A stretch of 62,771 bases of DNA, the filler included, from Chrysochromulina tobinii (lineage: Eukaryota), in NCBI GenBank assembly GCA_001275005.1. It is 7 parts of 7 records of this genome, joined end to end, with 100 filler letters (N's around TTAATTAATTAA, not from the genome) between each part and the next. Parts side by side here need not be neighbours in the genome. Positions count along the whole stretch, not along the records: positions 1 to 4,581 come from JWZX01000985.1; positions 4,682 to 21,987 come from JWZX01000986.1; 5 more parts are not named here. One strand, given 5' to 3'. Below are positions 1 to 11,254 of this stretch, piece after piece. Under the pieces are notes generated by a model, which saw nothing but the letters and a program-made list of their open reading frames with translations, was not told the DNA's origin and searched no databases. Position 1 is the stretch's first letter. Each line of letters opens with the position of its first letter. Position numbers and translations under genes: made by a program.

Positions 1-529
1 CCCCGTGGGGAACGCAAAGACGCACTCGACACCGTCGCATTACGACGGAGTCGAGCACAAGTGGTGGCTTCCATCGCCGCCGCCGCCGCCGCTGCCGCCT
101 CCGTGGGCGTCAAGCCGCAGGCCGAGGCACCACATTCGGCGCCGGTTGCGCCGCGCAACGCGCTGCGTCGACGCCTTCGCCGCCGCACTTGTACAGCACG
201 CGCGCGCGCTCCGCGCCATCGATCCGTGCTGCGGGCACGAGCTGGCCCGACTTGAGAGTCCGAGTGCAGCTCCTCTGTAGCGCGCGCGCGTCAAGGCGCG
301 TGGCGAAAGGGGCGGGCAAGTCGATGGCAAATGGAGAGATGGTTCGAGGCGGCGCCGTCCTCCGACGCGCCTGGAGCCGGCCGCAGCGGGACGCGGATGC
401 GCGCGCATGCGCGCGGAGACGCAAAAAAAAAGGTAGGCACGCACGCACGGACGAATTAAAGGGGGTCCGAGTCAGTACCCTGAAAGGCTGCTGCGCTCGC
501 CTTTTTCAGGGTCCCCAGGATAATTTCCC
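1..529. mobile_element. Right-hand part of a dispersed hairpin-rich repeat (putative non-autonomous DNA transposon), copy 1
   Basis: Closely similar over about 520 bp to 31578-32090 on another contig; similarity stops just after GGGTCCCCAGGAT. No credible ORF. Confidence 0.75.
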
Positions 530-958
530 AAAGTTGCGGCTCAGTGTGACACTCGAGTGTGCGATGATTTTAGAGAGAAAGGGTTCACACGAGACAAGGT
601 CGGTTTCTGGTACAGTACTGGTACTGTACGACCAGGGGAGCTTGCAATCTGCCGAGTGAGACCTCTCCTCTCATTCACAAGTGAAGAGTGTGACAAGCGA
701 AGCGGCATTGCCCGAGCGTCAAATAGCGTGCTGTGGGGAAAGAGAAGTGTTTTCATGACAGGGCTTGCAAGCGTTGGATGGTCTTCATCAACACAGTAAG
801 ATCGCGTGTCTGCGCCAAGGCGCTGCCGCGCGGAGACAGAACACGGCGCCGCACGTGCAGTCATGATATGGAGATTCACGGGCCGGACCGCTAGGACCAA
901 GGTGATTCGCGCTAGCACTCACTGTTCAATCCACGCGGGGGCACTGAAAGCCCCGTGC

Positions 959-3103
959 ATGATGACCAAAGCACGACCGACAATCCCCTCGCAGGTCCAT
1001 GTTCCCCCCAAGGTCGATGACAAAACCGTGGGCGATAAGGAAGAGACCAAAGAGCCTCAGATGCGCCGCCACAAGGCGTTGGTATTCTTGCGCGTCCTTC
1101 TGGCGCTGCCCGGACCCGTCTTCTTGGCGTTCTCAATCCAGCAGTACTTTGACGGGATCGGTTCTTTGAGGTCTCTCGTACAGGGCCATATCGGGTTAGC
1201 GTTCGCAGCCGCTGTGACGTTCGCAACCCTTCCGTTGTGGCTCTTTTCGCTTCTCCTTGCTCAGATCCATCACACGGTCGATTTCGATAAACCAGAGTCT
1301 CTTCATGGAAGACGCGTCTGGACACGGGTGAGGGCCTTTGAAAGTGCTTTGTTTTTGCTGACCGCCTTTGCATACATTCTACTCTACAGTCAAGATCGGG
1401 TGTTCTACGTGTGGGCCATACTCGGCTTACAGCCCGTCGTGGCACTGGCTCTCTATTCGATTACAAATGTTGTTCGCGCCATCATCAATCACCAAGGTAG
1501 CGGTTACCACACGTTTTTGCTCTCGCAAGGATGGCGGGTCGTCGTCAACGCCATTTTTTGCGCATGCGTGATGCTCTATGCTCTGTCGGCGATGTCGCGC
1601 ATTCCAATTGACGCCCTCTCGATTGTGGCCTTTTCCGAACTATCATTTAGTGGCATCGCCTGTTCGGACGAGAGTGCATTTTTGAATGCCTTTGGGGCGT
1701 CTGGAGCCAATGCTAGCTGCCCTGCGAAGCCCCATTGCGGCTACCGTACGTACGAGGAGCTATGCCAGGCCGTGCAGTACTCGACGATGGCGAGAGGGTT
1801 GACCATTGACTTTGAGTTAATTCACTACTTCGTCGCCGTAACCTGGGTCGTTGTCTCGCTTTTCCTTAAGGGCACTGGCCGTTTACGCGCAGACAACGGC
1901 TACTCGCACTTGTTCTCTCGCCATATGATCGTTGGGATGCTGTTGTGCTTGGTGCAACTGATGAACATGATCTTCTCATGCATGCGCCTCCTCCTTATTG
2001 TGCCTCGGCTGCAGTCTCCACGCCAAGCAGCCTACTTTGTTCGAGAGGACTCGATGGAAGAGGAGCTACCTCTGTTCTGCTACTCAAGCGATTGTATTTT
2101 TTATCACCTGTGGGGCACTGTCTGCCTGTACGTGCTCATCATCGTCGTGTTAAACTTTGACTTCCTCGCCAAATATGCATCGCAACTGGGCGGAAACGCC
2201 GACAAAGAGCTGCAAAAGGCAATCGACGAGCTCAAAAATCATGAGAACCCTGGGGAAAAGTGGGAGGAAGACGCTCCATTTTTCTACTTCCTTCCCGCAG
2301 AATACGTATGCAAGCCATGCGTTGAAAAGACGTTACCTCGCATGCAGACAATGCGAGGAGCTCGCACCTATAAACAGATTTGCGCCGAAAAGTCGTTACC
2401 TCGCATGCAGACACTGCGAGACGCTGGCATACTGAAAAAGATGAAGATCCCTCTCGTCGCCGCGTTTCGCGGTGAAGGCATCATCAAGAACATCCTCTTC
2501 GTGAGCCATCGGTGGGAAGAGTTTGGTCGGCCCGATGTCAACGGCGTGCAGCTCCAGGCCATTCAGGAGTACCTGCACGACCATCCAGACATCAAATGGG
2601 TCTGGTTTGATTACTCGTCGATGCCCCAGAACACGGGAGGCTTTGCCTTTGACACTCGGACTCCCGAGGAGAAGGCTGAGTTCCAACTGATGCTCAGCGC
2701 CATCGCCGACCTCTACCTGACCGCGCGCGTCCTCATTCTCCTCGACGGGTCGTACGCGTCGAGGTTCTGGACGCTAACCGAGGCATGGTGCTCGATGCAG
2801 ACGGCCACACCCGAGGGGCTCCGCCCCGCAACGGAGGCTGAGCGTCGCTACACGATCAGTTGCATCCACAACGCTGACGACGAGTATGATGCCAAGGGCC
2901 TTGTCAGCAAGGTGTCCACAAAGACGCCCGATGAAATGTATGGTATCCTCGAGAAGCCGGACGTCAATGTCACCAATGCAAAGGACAAGGTGGCCATGCT
3001 TCCCGTCATCCAGAAGACCAACCAGCGCGTCATTGAGATGTTTCAAAAGCTAGTGGCGCGTTCCCTTTCCGCTTCCGAAGCCGACGACAGCGACTTGCAT
3101 TAA
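959..3103 (+). CDS. Multi-pass membrane protein with C-terminal HET (heterokaryon incompatibility)-like domain
   Basis: ORF 806-3103, first in-frame ATG at 959. Many hydrophobic helices at about 1075-2160, then LFVSHRW..PD..WVWFDYSSMPQ..ADLY..VLIL..YASRFWTLTE, resembling HET-domain motifs. Confidence 0.7.
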   Translation: MMTKARPTIPSQVHVPPKVDDKTVGDKEETKEPQMRRHKALVFLRVLLALPGPVFLAFSIQQYFDGIGSLRSLVQGHIGLAFAAAVTFATLPLWLFSLLLAQIHHTVDFDKPESLHGRRVWTRVRAFESALFLLTAFAYILLYSQDRVFYVWAILGLQPVVALALYSITNVVRAIINHQGSGYHTFLLSQGWRVVVNAIFCACVMLYALSAMSRIPIDALSIVAFSELSFSGIACSDESAFLNAFGASGANASCPAKPHCGYRTYEELCQAVQYSTMARGLTIDFELIHYFVAVTWVVVSLFLKGTGRLRADNGYSHLFSRHMIVGMLLCLVQLMNMIFSCMRLLLIVPRLQSPRQAAYFVREDSMEEELPLFCYSSDCIFYHLWGTVCLYVLIIVVLNFDFLAKYASQLGGNADKELQKAIDELKNHENPGEKWEEDAPFFYFLPAEYVCKPCVEKTLPRMQTMRGARTYKQICAEKSLPRMQTLRDAGILKKMKIPLVAAFRGEGIIKNILFVSHRWEEFGRPDVNGVQLQAIQEYLHDHPDIKWVWFDYSSMPQNTGGFAFDTRTPEEKAEFQLMLSAIADLYLTARVLILLDGSYASRFWTLTEAWCSMQTATPEGLRPATEAERRYTISCIHNADDEYDAKGLVSKVSTKTPDEMYGILEKPDVNVTNAKDKVAMLPVIQKTNQRVIEMFQKLVARSLSASEADDSDLH

Positions 3104-3249
3104 GAATAGTGTGATCAATGATGCATGCGCACGTGAGTGAGTGCTGACAAGAAGCCCCCGTACGTTCGGGGATTACCAAGTGTGAACGTGGATCACCACA
3201 CGCATGGAGTGTGAACGTGGATTAAGAACGTCGCTACTCGATTGGTCAG

Positions 3250-3360
3250 CGCTACGCCATCGGCAGCAGCATGTACGTTAATCGCAACAACGGGGAGGAG
3301 ACGCTCGCCTATGTGAAGGAGTGCGATGCGGAAATGGTGCTCTACACGGTAGTGGCGACG
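3250..3360 (+). pseudogene. Possible short SH3/Tudor-like gene fragment
   Basis: Reads RYAIGSSMYVNRNNGEETLAYVKECDAEMVLYTVV, a beta-barrel-like pattern, then becomes non-coding-looking. Confidence 0.25.
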
Positions 3361-3886
3361 ATTGACGTGCTTTGGCAACACGTTCCCAGCTCGAGCGCCC
3401 TCAAGGGAGGTACCAGGCAGGGCAACCAAGGCACCAGGGACCTCGAGAGGTACCCCGGCCATGGAACATGGGGGGCAAGAGCGATATATGAAAGGTCCCA
3501 GCCAACGCAACTCTCCAGTCTCCACCGCTCTAGCCCATGCTCTACCGCTCTTGTCTTTCGGTCGACATTCACACGTTCAATGATTATAATTCACAGCCAA
3601 TGTTTAAATTCGACACCATCCTAGTGAGCACGAGCTGAACTGTAACGTTTTTCCATGCTGTCGGACAATGCTGTCGCGGGCACAGCGGGCCCCATTCGCC
3701 ACATGGAGCTTTTGTTGCCGCATTACGCCGACGAGGAGCAGCTTGCCGCGACCATGGAAAGCATGCTTCTTGGCACGCCTGAGGGACAAGCGGCGCTCTA
3801 GGCGCCTATTACCGAGGCAATCAGCACATTCGCGTCCTTGACGTTGAGCCCGTCGGCATCATGTACCTCGGAACAGGCAGTTGATT

Positions 3887-3946
3887 GCGAGTGATGGCGA
3901 GTAACGGCGAGTGACGGCGAGTGATGGCGAGTGATGGCAAGTGACC
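3887..3946. repeat. 10-bp tandem repeat (GCGAGTGATG variants), intron-type
   Basis: About 6 degenerate units, adjacent to a minus-strand CAG|GT-like site. Confidence 0.7.
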
Positions 3947-4581
3947 TGACTGCCTCCTTTGCTACTGATCAGGCTGGTCGGACCGCGCCCTTACCAGCCT
4001 GCTGACTCAGGTGCGGAACTCTTTGAACGCGAACACCTGGCCCGGGGGGTTGGGCAGGCACCAGGGTGCTTAGTGTGAAGAGGCATGTGGGGCTTCGTGC
4101 CTCACCTGCCCCTACACAGGTGGAGCTCCGTGCTACAACTGACCACTTTGCCCTCTTCTGCCGCAGCGAGGGCCTCCTTTTTTTACCCAAGGCACGGCAG
4201 TGGGCGACGTGGACTGGGCATGGAAATGAAGAGCACGCCTGATCCTTCTTCGGGGTGCTTGGATCCATTCTGGTGATCCACGTGTTCACGATCCGGGTGA
4301 TCCCGTCCTGATCTCACACGGGCCGTCAAGGCAAGCGATCCCGTTCTGATCTCGCTTTGCCGCCGAAGGTTTTTTGGGGCCCCACGACCTGCACATACGT
4401 CCCGGTCTACTTTTTTTCCACCCGCAGAGGCGTGGTTTTGGACCGAGACGCCGAGGCTCTGCGTGACGAGCGCTCATTTTCTTTTCTCTTTTCTGGCTGG
4501 CTGTCTGGCGGCCTTCTCTGGTATCTTTGGAGGCACATGCGGAGCTCCCGGGGTGATTGCCCCTGGGAGGGGAGAGCTCGA

Positions 4582-4681
4582 NNNNNNNNNNNNNNNNNNN
4601 NNNNNNNNNNNNNNNNNNNNNNNNNTTAATTAATTAANNNNNNNNNNNNNNNNNNNNNNNNNNNNNNNNNNNNNNNNNNNN
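4582..4681. other. Artificial contig linker
   Basis: N run, TTAATTAATTAA (stops in all frames), N run; 100 bp. Confidence 0.99.
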
Positions 4682-5078
4682 CCTCGGAGCCCTCGGCTTC
4701 ACCAACTACCAGCTGCCCATCTACTCGTGCGAGGTGGCGAGCGCCGTCGCGGGCGCCGCACCGGGGACAGTGGACCCCGAGCTGCTTGCGAGTAAGAAGC
4801 TGAGCGGCACCCGGGCGGATCTCTTCCTGGCGGATCTGGCTCCGAGCGATCCTCGGACGCCCTTTAGTCAGATGCTGCGCGAGTTCGCCGCTGGCTACGT
4901 CGGAGCGCACAGCGTCTACAGCCCGGTCATGACGGACGATCCTGCCTTCCGAGCCATGGTCGCGTTCGCCGACTCGTTGCCGCAGGAGGGGGACGACGCC
5001 ATGTACGACAAGATCCATGCGCGGGCGAAGCTCGGCGCGCGCCAGTACTGCGCGCAGTCGGGCCTCAGTTTGGTATAG
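4682..5078 (+). CDS. 3' end of a hypothetical protein truncated at the contig edge
   Basis: Open frame with natural amino-acid composition ending YDKIHARAKLGARQYCAQSGLSLV*. Confidence 0.4.
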
Positions 5079-5564
5079 AGCGCTTGATCGAAACCTGTGG
5101 ACTGTTCTGCACAGTGAACGTGCGTGGGGGAGGGGCTGAGAGACCTGAGTCATGGATGAGTGACATCGCAACGGGGGCCGACGGCACATGTCGATCCGGA
5201 TGAGGCGAGATGCTGAGAGAGCCAGTGTGGAACCCCGGAGGCCTGTTGGAGCCTGTTCTCGTCTCGTGTTCTGGAAATCTCTGAGTTGGGTCCAGCAAAC
5301 AGGTGTGTGAGTGTGCGGTGTAAGACTGAATTTGTGAAAAGTTGTCCTACAGTTTCGCACATTTGCATGCGCCAAATTTCCAAAAAGATGCCAATCGGTG
5401 TGCGAGTTTGTGCAGGAATGCAGGGTCGGAGTCGGGCTGTGTACCAGACGCCCTCGCCACGACTTGCACCAGCGCGGCTGTTTGAGGGCTGGAGGTCCAC
5501 TCGAGGGCAGACAGCACTGAAAGCGCCTGAGCCTAGCCGGCTTCAGGTCTGGTACGTGGGTGCC

Positions 5565-8500
5565 ATGCAGCGCAGCCTGCCGCCGTCGCCGTCCCAAGCC
5601 GAGCAGCACACACCCCTCAAAGATCGGCTGCCCTCGCCATACATCGATGGTCTCGAGCTCTATGGCGACGGATTTTCGCTCCCCTTGCCAAGACGCCGCG
5701 AGCTCTTTGACAAGGGACCTCTGCAGGTGCCTCCGGATCCGCTCGACGACGTCCTCGAGCCCGAGACGGCGCGCTTACTGACTCACGTGAGCCTCCGCAA
5801 TGCCATGCGCCACAAGTTCAGACGATGGCGCACGTCGCGAGACACTGCGAAGGCACTTCAGTATCGCGCCACCCTCGCCATTCGCGAGCTCGACCGTCAC
5901 GCGATGGTGCGGCGGTGGCTTAGCTGGACGTCGCAGACCATCCGGCAACGAGCTGGCGCAATCGCCGCCACCGCACGGCCGCAGCTTGCACAGTCCGCCG
6001 CCTTCTGCGCATGGGCGCGCCGTGCCGCCGCGCAGTCCATGATCGAGGCCATCGCAAAGTCCATCCGTCAGACTGCCCGGCTTGATGGCCTCCGAGAGGC
6101 ATCGGCCGTGTGGAAAGTGAATGCCTGGCGCGATCGACGAACCGCCATCCGACGGCAGCAGGCGGTGGCCGCATGCCGCGTAGCGGGCCGTGAGCTGCGC
6201 AAGGGATGGCAGTGCTTGGTGGCCCATTGGCGACGCTGGCGGGGCCGCCTCGATCAATGGCGGCTGCTGTGTGGCTCACGATCAATGCTCAACCGGCGGC
6301 TGCGGCGCGGAATGAACTGCTGGCGTGCGGCGCGGTGGCTAGCTTTGCGCCTTGCGGCGCAGCGCGCGACCGTGCCTGCGTATCTGGAGGCGCGCCGTAT
6401 CGAGCGTCTCTGTGCCGCCGTGAGCAAGATGCGCGTCGCCCTCGCCGCCGAGACGCAAGCGCGTCGGCGCGCCCTCGCGCTACTCGGTGCGCTGGCGCAA
6501 ACGAGCGTGCACCGTGCCAGGCACCGTGCCATGCGCCGCTGGTGCAGCGTGGGGTCGGCGCGGCGGGCCTGGTGGGCGCTCAGTCGCACGGCGCGCGCTC
6601 ACGTGCTGAGCTACCCGTGTATACGCGCGCTCGGCCGGTGGCGGGAGAGCATCGATGGCCAACTCGCGGTCTGGGCGGCGGCCGGCATTGCGATGAGGCG
6701 TTGGCGAGCAGTTGTGCTCGCTACGAGTCTCGAGAGTTGGGTAACAGCCGCGCGCCGGCGCCGGCACGCGGCAGTCCGTTGCAGCGTGAGGCGCTCGCGT
6801 GAGCAGCGGAGGGGGCGGCACATGCTTCGGCGCAGCCTCGACGCAATCATGTCCTATGCGCGCCGCGTGAGCTTGTGCGTGGCAAGCACTCAGCGGCAGA
6901 GACGCCACCTTTACCAATGCGGCTTGTCAGCATGGGCAGCGCAGCATCGGAGGCAGCTGCGGGAGGTCGTCCTCTATCGGCGCAGCCAAGGCGCACTCCA
7001 GTCACGCCTCCTCGGGCTCAGCTGGGGCCAGATGAGGCTCAACTATACGCAAGAGGTACGCGGACGCGCGGCCATGTTCCAGAGCCACCTCGCGCTCGTC
7101 ATTAGGCGCGAGCGCCAAGCCTTGAGCTCGTGGTACCACTTTGCCGAGCATGTCCGACGGGATCAACGGCTGTGCAGGGGCATGGCGCGCAAGCAGGAGC
7201 GCGCCGCGTTGGCTACGTGGAAACATCGAGTTGGCGCACAGTCGCGCCAGCTTGCAGCATCGTTCCAAGTGATCGGTGCAGTCATCCATCGTCATGCCCA
7301 ACGTTCATGGGGCGCATGGCGGAGCATCGTTAGCGAGCGGAAGCTTCTCGGAACGCTCGCACGACGTGGCCTGATGGCGCTCAGCCGGCGTGCCGAGCGA
7401 GAGGGCTTCAACGGCTGGCGCTTGGCGGTGTACGAGCAGCGGCGCTTGCGCGCCCTTCACCGACGGAGCGTGAGCGTGATGGTGCATCGGAAGGCAGCGA
7501 CGGCTTGGCATTCGTGGGCTTCGTTTGCTGCCGAGAGGCGGCGCAAATTGTGGCTTGCACGGCGCGGGATCGCGCTCCTCTACCAAAAGGTGCTGCGCAA
7601 GGGGTTGAACAGCTGGGCGGCCCTGTGCATCGCTCGCCGCATCCGACTTCTCGCGACGCACACGGCGGGGCGCCACTTGTTTCATCGCAAGCTCTCGGGC
7701 GGCTGGCTTGGCTGGCGTGCAACGGCGATGGCGCTCCGGGCGTCGCGCACCTCGATGCGACTGAGCCTCGGGCGCATGATGCACCACCACCTCTCGCGAG
7801 GTTGGGTGGCCTGGCGCGCGTACGCCGTGGAGCGGTCCACGCTCCTTCATACGCTGCGATGCGGCCTCGCGTTGTTCATGTACCAGCGCCAGGCAGACGG
7901 GTTTCGAGGGTGGAGCGCCGCGCTACATCGGCACACCGATCCCGAGACGCGGGCGCTGCAGCACTGGTGCAGCAGCACCTACTCGCGCAGCTGGCACACT
8001 TGGAAAGTGATCGGTGCCGCCTGGGGGCGCCAGGAAGGTGCGATGGCGCGCAGCGGGCTCCGCATGCTCAACTTGCGCATGGGACGCGCCTTCAATGCCT
8101 TTCACGAGCTCGTCGAGATCCACAAGATGGCGATGCGTCGGTTGCGTGCCGGCAAGAGAGGTGTGCTCCTGGGGAGGATCGCGCGCGGGCTGGGCGGCTG
8201 GAGGGCGGCACACGCCGAGCTGGCACGCCTACGCGCTTGTCTGATGAGGACGACGGGCGCCGTCACGGGCGCGCTGGTTCACCGCGCATGGCAAGCTTGG
8301 CAAGGGATGCTCGAGAAGCACCTGCACAAGTGCGCGCTCGCAGACCGCGCTGCCAGCGTATCCCGGCACCATGGCACGGGGCGCGGCGTTCTGACGTGGC
8401 GCGGCTTGACACGCGAGCGGCAGTGGCGCGCACAACAAGTGCTGCACGGATTGCGTAGGATGCACCGCCGCCGCTGTGAGCAGACGTGGCGCGATTGGTT

Positions 8501-9704
8501 CTCACACGCACGCGAGATTCACCGACGCGGGCGTACTCACAACCAAATGGTCTGCGCCTGTATCTTCCGTCTCACGCGGCAAGGGCTCAACTCGTGGATA
8601 GCCCTGGTCGCTTGCGAGCATCGGCATGCGCAGCTGACGATGAAGACCTGGCGCGCGCTGCGCCACCAGCATGAGATCCGTGCTTGGAATTCGTGGACGC
8701 GCCGGTGCGACCGATTCCGCGAGCGGCAGCGGCTCGTGCGTCGCGCGTGGACCCACTTCCTCAAGCGGCGCGAGCGACGGGGGTGGGTCGCGTGGCACAC
8801 ACTGGTGCTGGACCGCCGGAGTGCGGCGAGGATCGCGCAGCGGAGCTCTGCGGGGCGGGGGGAGCATAGGGTGGCGCTGCGAGCTCTGGGGCAGTGGACA
8901 ATGCACGCCCGAGCGCTGTGGGGCGCCCGTCGGAGCGTCGAGGTCATCCGGTGCCTTGCAGCTGATCGCGCGGCTCTGCGGCTGTGGAAGAGCTGGTGCT
9001 TGGCCTATCGCAAGGCGCGTCGGCTGCGCTCGAGCTTCTTCCGTCGGAGTTGTGTGCACGGCGCGCTCGCGCCTCGCTTCAGCCAGTGGGCGCTCGAGGC
9101 GCGTCGCAACCAGAGTCGCGGGCTGCACGTACTCGCCGTCGCAGGCGCCACTCGAGACAGCTGCACCGTTGGCACGCAGACGGCGACCGTCCCCTCGGTC
9201 AGAGACGGCTCGACGATTGCATCACGGAGCAGGCGGCATGGCTCGAGCCCCGAGTGGGCCACTGAGGTGGAGTCGTGCGCAGTGGACAGGCAGCTTGTGC
9301 AGCTCAAGGCGTTGAGCCGCCCTATCCAGCCGAGCATCAGCCAGCGCACACGTGTGAAGACCCCCGGCGAGCGGCGACACGAGCTTCGAGCGAGCGAGCG
9401 CAGCTCGAAGCCCGCTTCGCCGCTCGATGCTTACCAAGCCGCGGAGACACTTCGCACGCCAGCCGCTCTCGACGAGAGTGTCAGGGCGCCGGGTTGGGCG
9501 CCGCGCTCGCCTAAGGATGTTCAGTACGCTCATACTGAGTCCATGTCGGCGCAGAGCGCGGACCGGCACCCATTTACTAGTAGCTGGCGTGCCAGCGACA
9601 GCGGCAACGGCTGGCGACGGCGGCGACCTCCGTCTACGCGCGGCGTCGATCTAGACGGGACTCTTCAGCGCGAAGAACTTCGTCCAGAAGACTCGTGTTG
9701 GTAA
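5565..9704 (+). CDS. Sfi1-like Trp-repeat helical protein (putative centrin-binding, basal body)
   Basis: Long Arg/Ala-rich ORF with dozens of repeats such as LSRGWVAWR, LRKGLNSWA, ERRGWVAWH; likely ATG at 5565. Confidence 0.7.
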   Translation: MQRSLPPSPSQAEQHTPLKDRLPSPYIDGLELYGDGFSLPLPRRRELFDKGPLQVPPDPLDDVLEPETARLLTHVSLRNAMRHKFRRWRTSRDTAKALQYRATLAIRELDRHAMVRRWLSWTSQTIRQRAGAIAATARPQLAQSAAFCAWARRAAAQSMIEAIAKSIRQTARLDGLREASAVWKVNAWRDRRTAIRRQQAVAACRVAGRELRKGWQCLVAHWRRWRGRLDQWRLLCGSRSMLNRRLRRGMNCWRAARWLALRLAAQRATVPAYLEARRIERLCAAVSKMRVALAAETQARRRALALLGALAQTSVHRARHRAMRRWCSVGSARRAWWALSRTARAHVLSYPCIRALGRWRESIDGQLAVWAAAGIAMRRWRAVVLATSLESWVTAARRRRHAAVRCSVRRSREQRRGRHMLRRSLDAIMSYARRVSLCVASTQRQRRHLYQCGLSAWAAQHRRQLREVVLYRRSQGALQSRLLGLSWGQMRLNYTQEVRGRAAMFQSHLALVIRRERQALSSWYHFAEHVRRDQRLCRGMARKQERAALATWKHRVGAQSRQLAASFQVIGAVIHRHAQRSWGAWRSIVSERKLLGTLARRGLMALSRRAEREGFNGWRLAVYEQRRLRALHRRSVSVMVHRKAATAWHSWASFAAERRRKLWLARRGIALLYQKVLRKGLNSWAALCIARRIRLLATHTAGRHLFHRKLSGGWLGWRATAMALRASRTSMRLSLGRMMHHHLSRGWVAWRAYAVERSTLLHTLRCGLALFMYQRQADGFRGWSAALHRHTDPETRALQHWCSSTYSRSWHTWKVIGAAWGRQEGAMARSGLRMLNLRMGRAFNAFHELVEIHKMAMRRLRAGKRGVLLGRIARGLGGWRAAHAELARLRACLMRTTGAVTGALVHRAWQAWQGMLEKHLHKCALADRAASVSRHHGTGRGVLTWRGLTRERQWRAQQVLHGLRRMHRRRCEQTWRDWFSHAREIHRRGRTHNQMVCACIFRLTRQGLNSWIALVACEHRHAQLTMKTWRALRHQHEIRAWNSWTRRCDRFRERQRLVRRAWTHFLKRRERRGWVAWHTLVLDRRSAARIAQRSSAGRGEHRVALRALGQWTMHARALWGARRSVEVIRCLAADRAALRLWKSWCLAYRKARRLRSSFFRRSCVHGALAPRFSQWALEARRNQSRGLHVLAVAGATRDSCTVGTQTATVPSVRDGSTIASRSRRHGSSPEWATEVESCAVDRQLVQLKALSRPIQPSISQRTRVKTPGERRHELRASERSSKPASPLDAYQAAETLRTPAALDESVRAPGWAPRSPKDVQYAHTESMSAQSADRHPFTSSWRASDSGNGWRRRRPPSTRGVDLDGTLQREELRPEDSCW

Positions 9705-11254
9705 GAGAGCGCGGGAGCGGCCCGCGGCGACGCATACTCCGTCGTACGGTTTCAAAGTGCGCTCGCTGATGACAGAGTCACTGAACAGTGTGTACGTCGT
9801 ACTCGAGTCAATCGTCTAGAATGTAGAAAGCATGGTAGAAAGCCGCTACGTAGCAAGACGAAAGACTTAACAATACCGAGTACGCTTAACATACGTCATA
9901 CCAATGCGGGGAGCTCGCGCTCGCCCAGATCGAGGGCAAAAGACAGCAGCCCTGCGCGTTGCATCTCCAGCGAGGGCAGCTTTTGGCCCCATTCCGAGGC
10001 GCTCCTGATGTCGAGATGATGCCGGAACCCTCGGCGCGACTCGACGATGACTATTCCCTTACGCCTCCAGACGTTTGCGGTGGTAAGAGGCAGGGATCAG
10101 CGTAGCCTCAGCGAAGCCGTGTGGCACGCTCACGTTCACAGCATCTGATGATGGTCGACAGGCCTCTCCCCCTCATGACACGCCCGCGAGAGCGAGAGCC
10201 GCCCAGTGCCTCTGCGGCTCAGAATCGAGATTGCAGCCTTGCCAAGTCGCATCGCCTGGGGCAGGTCTGAGCTCGGGTACGTTGGGTCGTTGGCGTCGTG
10301 CCACGCATCTGGCTGCCCCGTACCATGTAGCCCAAGCTGGGCTCATCGACTGCACTCGCGACTGCTCGATGCCGCTACGATGCCGCGTCTCAGTAACGGA
10401 TCATTGCATGGATATTGAAGGCTCGAAAGGGTAACGAGTGAGCCATCCATTTGCACCCGTATACAGAAGGCGTTATTATAGCCATACTTGCACATCCCGA
10501 GCCGCATGCCGATGACGTTCGCGCCGTCCACGCGTAAGGTGAGCACGTCAAACTGCCGATTCATAGCCGATAGAGCGTCCGGCGGTCGGCAGAAATTCGA
10601 CCATCCAGGATTCTTTCATGCAAGAAATAGATAAGGCCAATCGGCGTTCTTGTCGTTGACGCTCATTGCGAAGCAACCGACACCCGTGGCGTGCGCAAGA
10701 GCCGTCGGCACGTTTGCAAGTGGCTGGAGGAGAGCGAAGTCGCCACGAAGCTGCGTGAACCCACCCCTATCCACGCACCTACCACGCACCTTTCCAGTTG
10801 GAGCCGAGAAGATCTGTATTCAGGCCGGCCATGGTCTGTGCACGGTCTCCACCGCTGTAAACGGTCAACTCAACCGTGTACTGCCTGGCGGAGCGCAGCA
10901 GCGCGATGTGGCGTTCGGTGTGCTGTGCCATATGGTCGGTGCGAACGCCAGTGTCCAATACAAACGTTCTCTTGTCGATGTCACAAATGATGAGGCGGTA
11001 CGAGTCCTGCTGCTGGCTAACGCAATCACCGAACTCCGTTACAATGGAGGTCCCAAGTGGAGGTGAGCCTGCGCGAGTCAACAGAGATCGACGGACTGGC
11101 GGGCAGCCGGAATCAATGATGCAGCGTCCACTAGCGCCGAGAGCCGAGCGAAAGAAAAGGAGTGCGCGCTCCTTACCGGTAAAAAGACACCGGGGGAGCC
11201 GAGCCGCGGGGCGGTACTCAAAACCACATCACACTCTGGATTCCGCTTTACGTC

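Noticed and set aside
610..629. Palindrome GTACAGTAC-TG-GTACTGTAC
   Set aside because: Single short instance with no supporting context.
4626..4637. TTAATTAATTAA repeated six times in the window
   Set aside because: Always centred in N runs of fixed length; an artificial linker, not a biological motif.
5775..9349. Many overlapping ORFs within the Sfi1-like gene
   Set aside because: Expected stop-codon scarcity in high-GC DNA; no recognisable domains.
9900..11100. Short ORFs such as 10343-10564 and 10650-11066
   Set aside because: No recognisable motifs; possibly decayed sequence, not supportable as genes.
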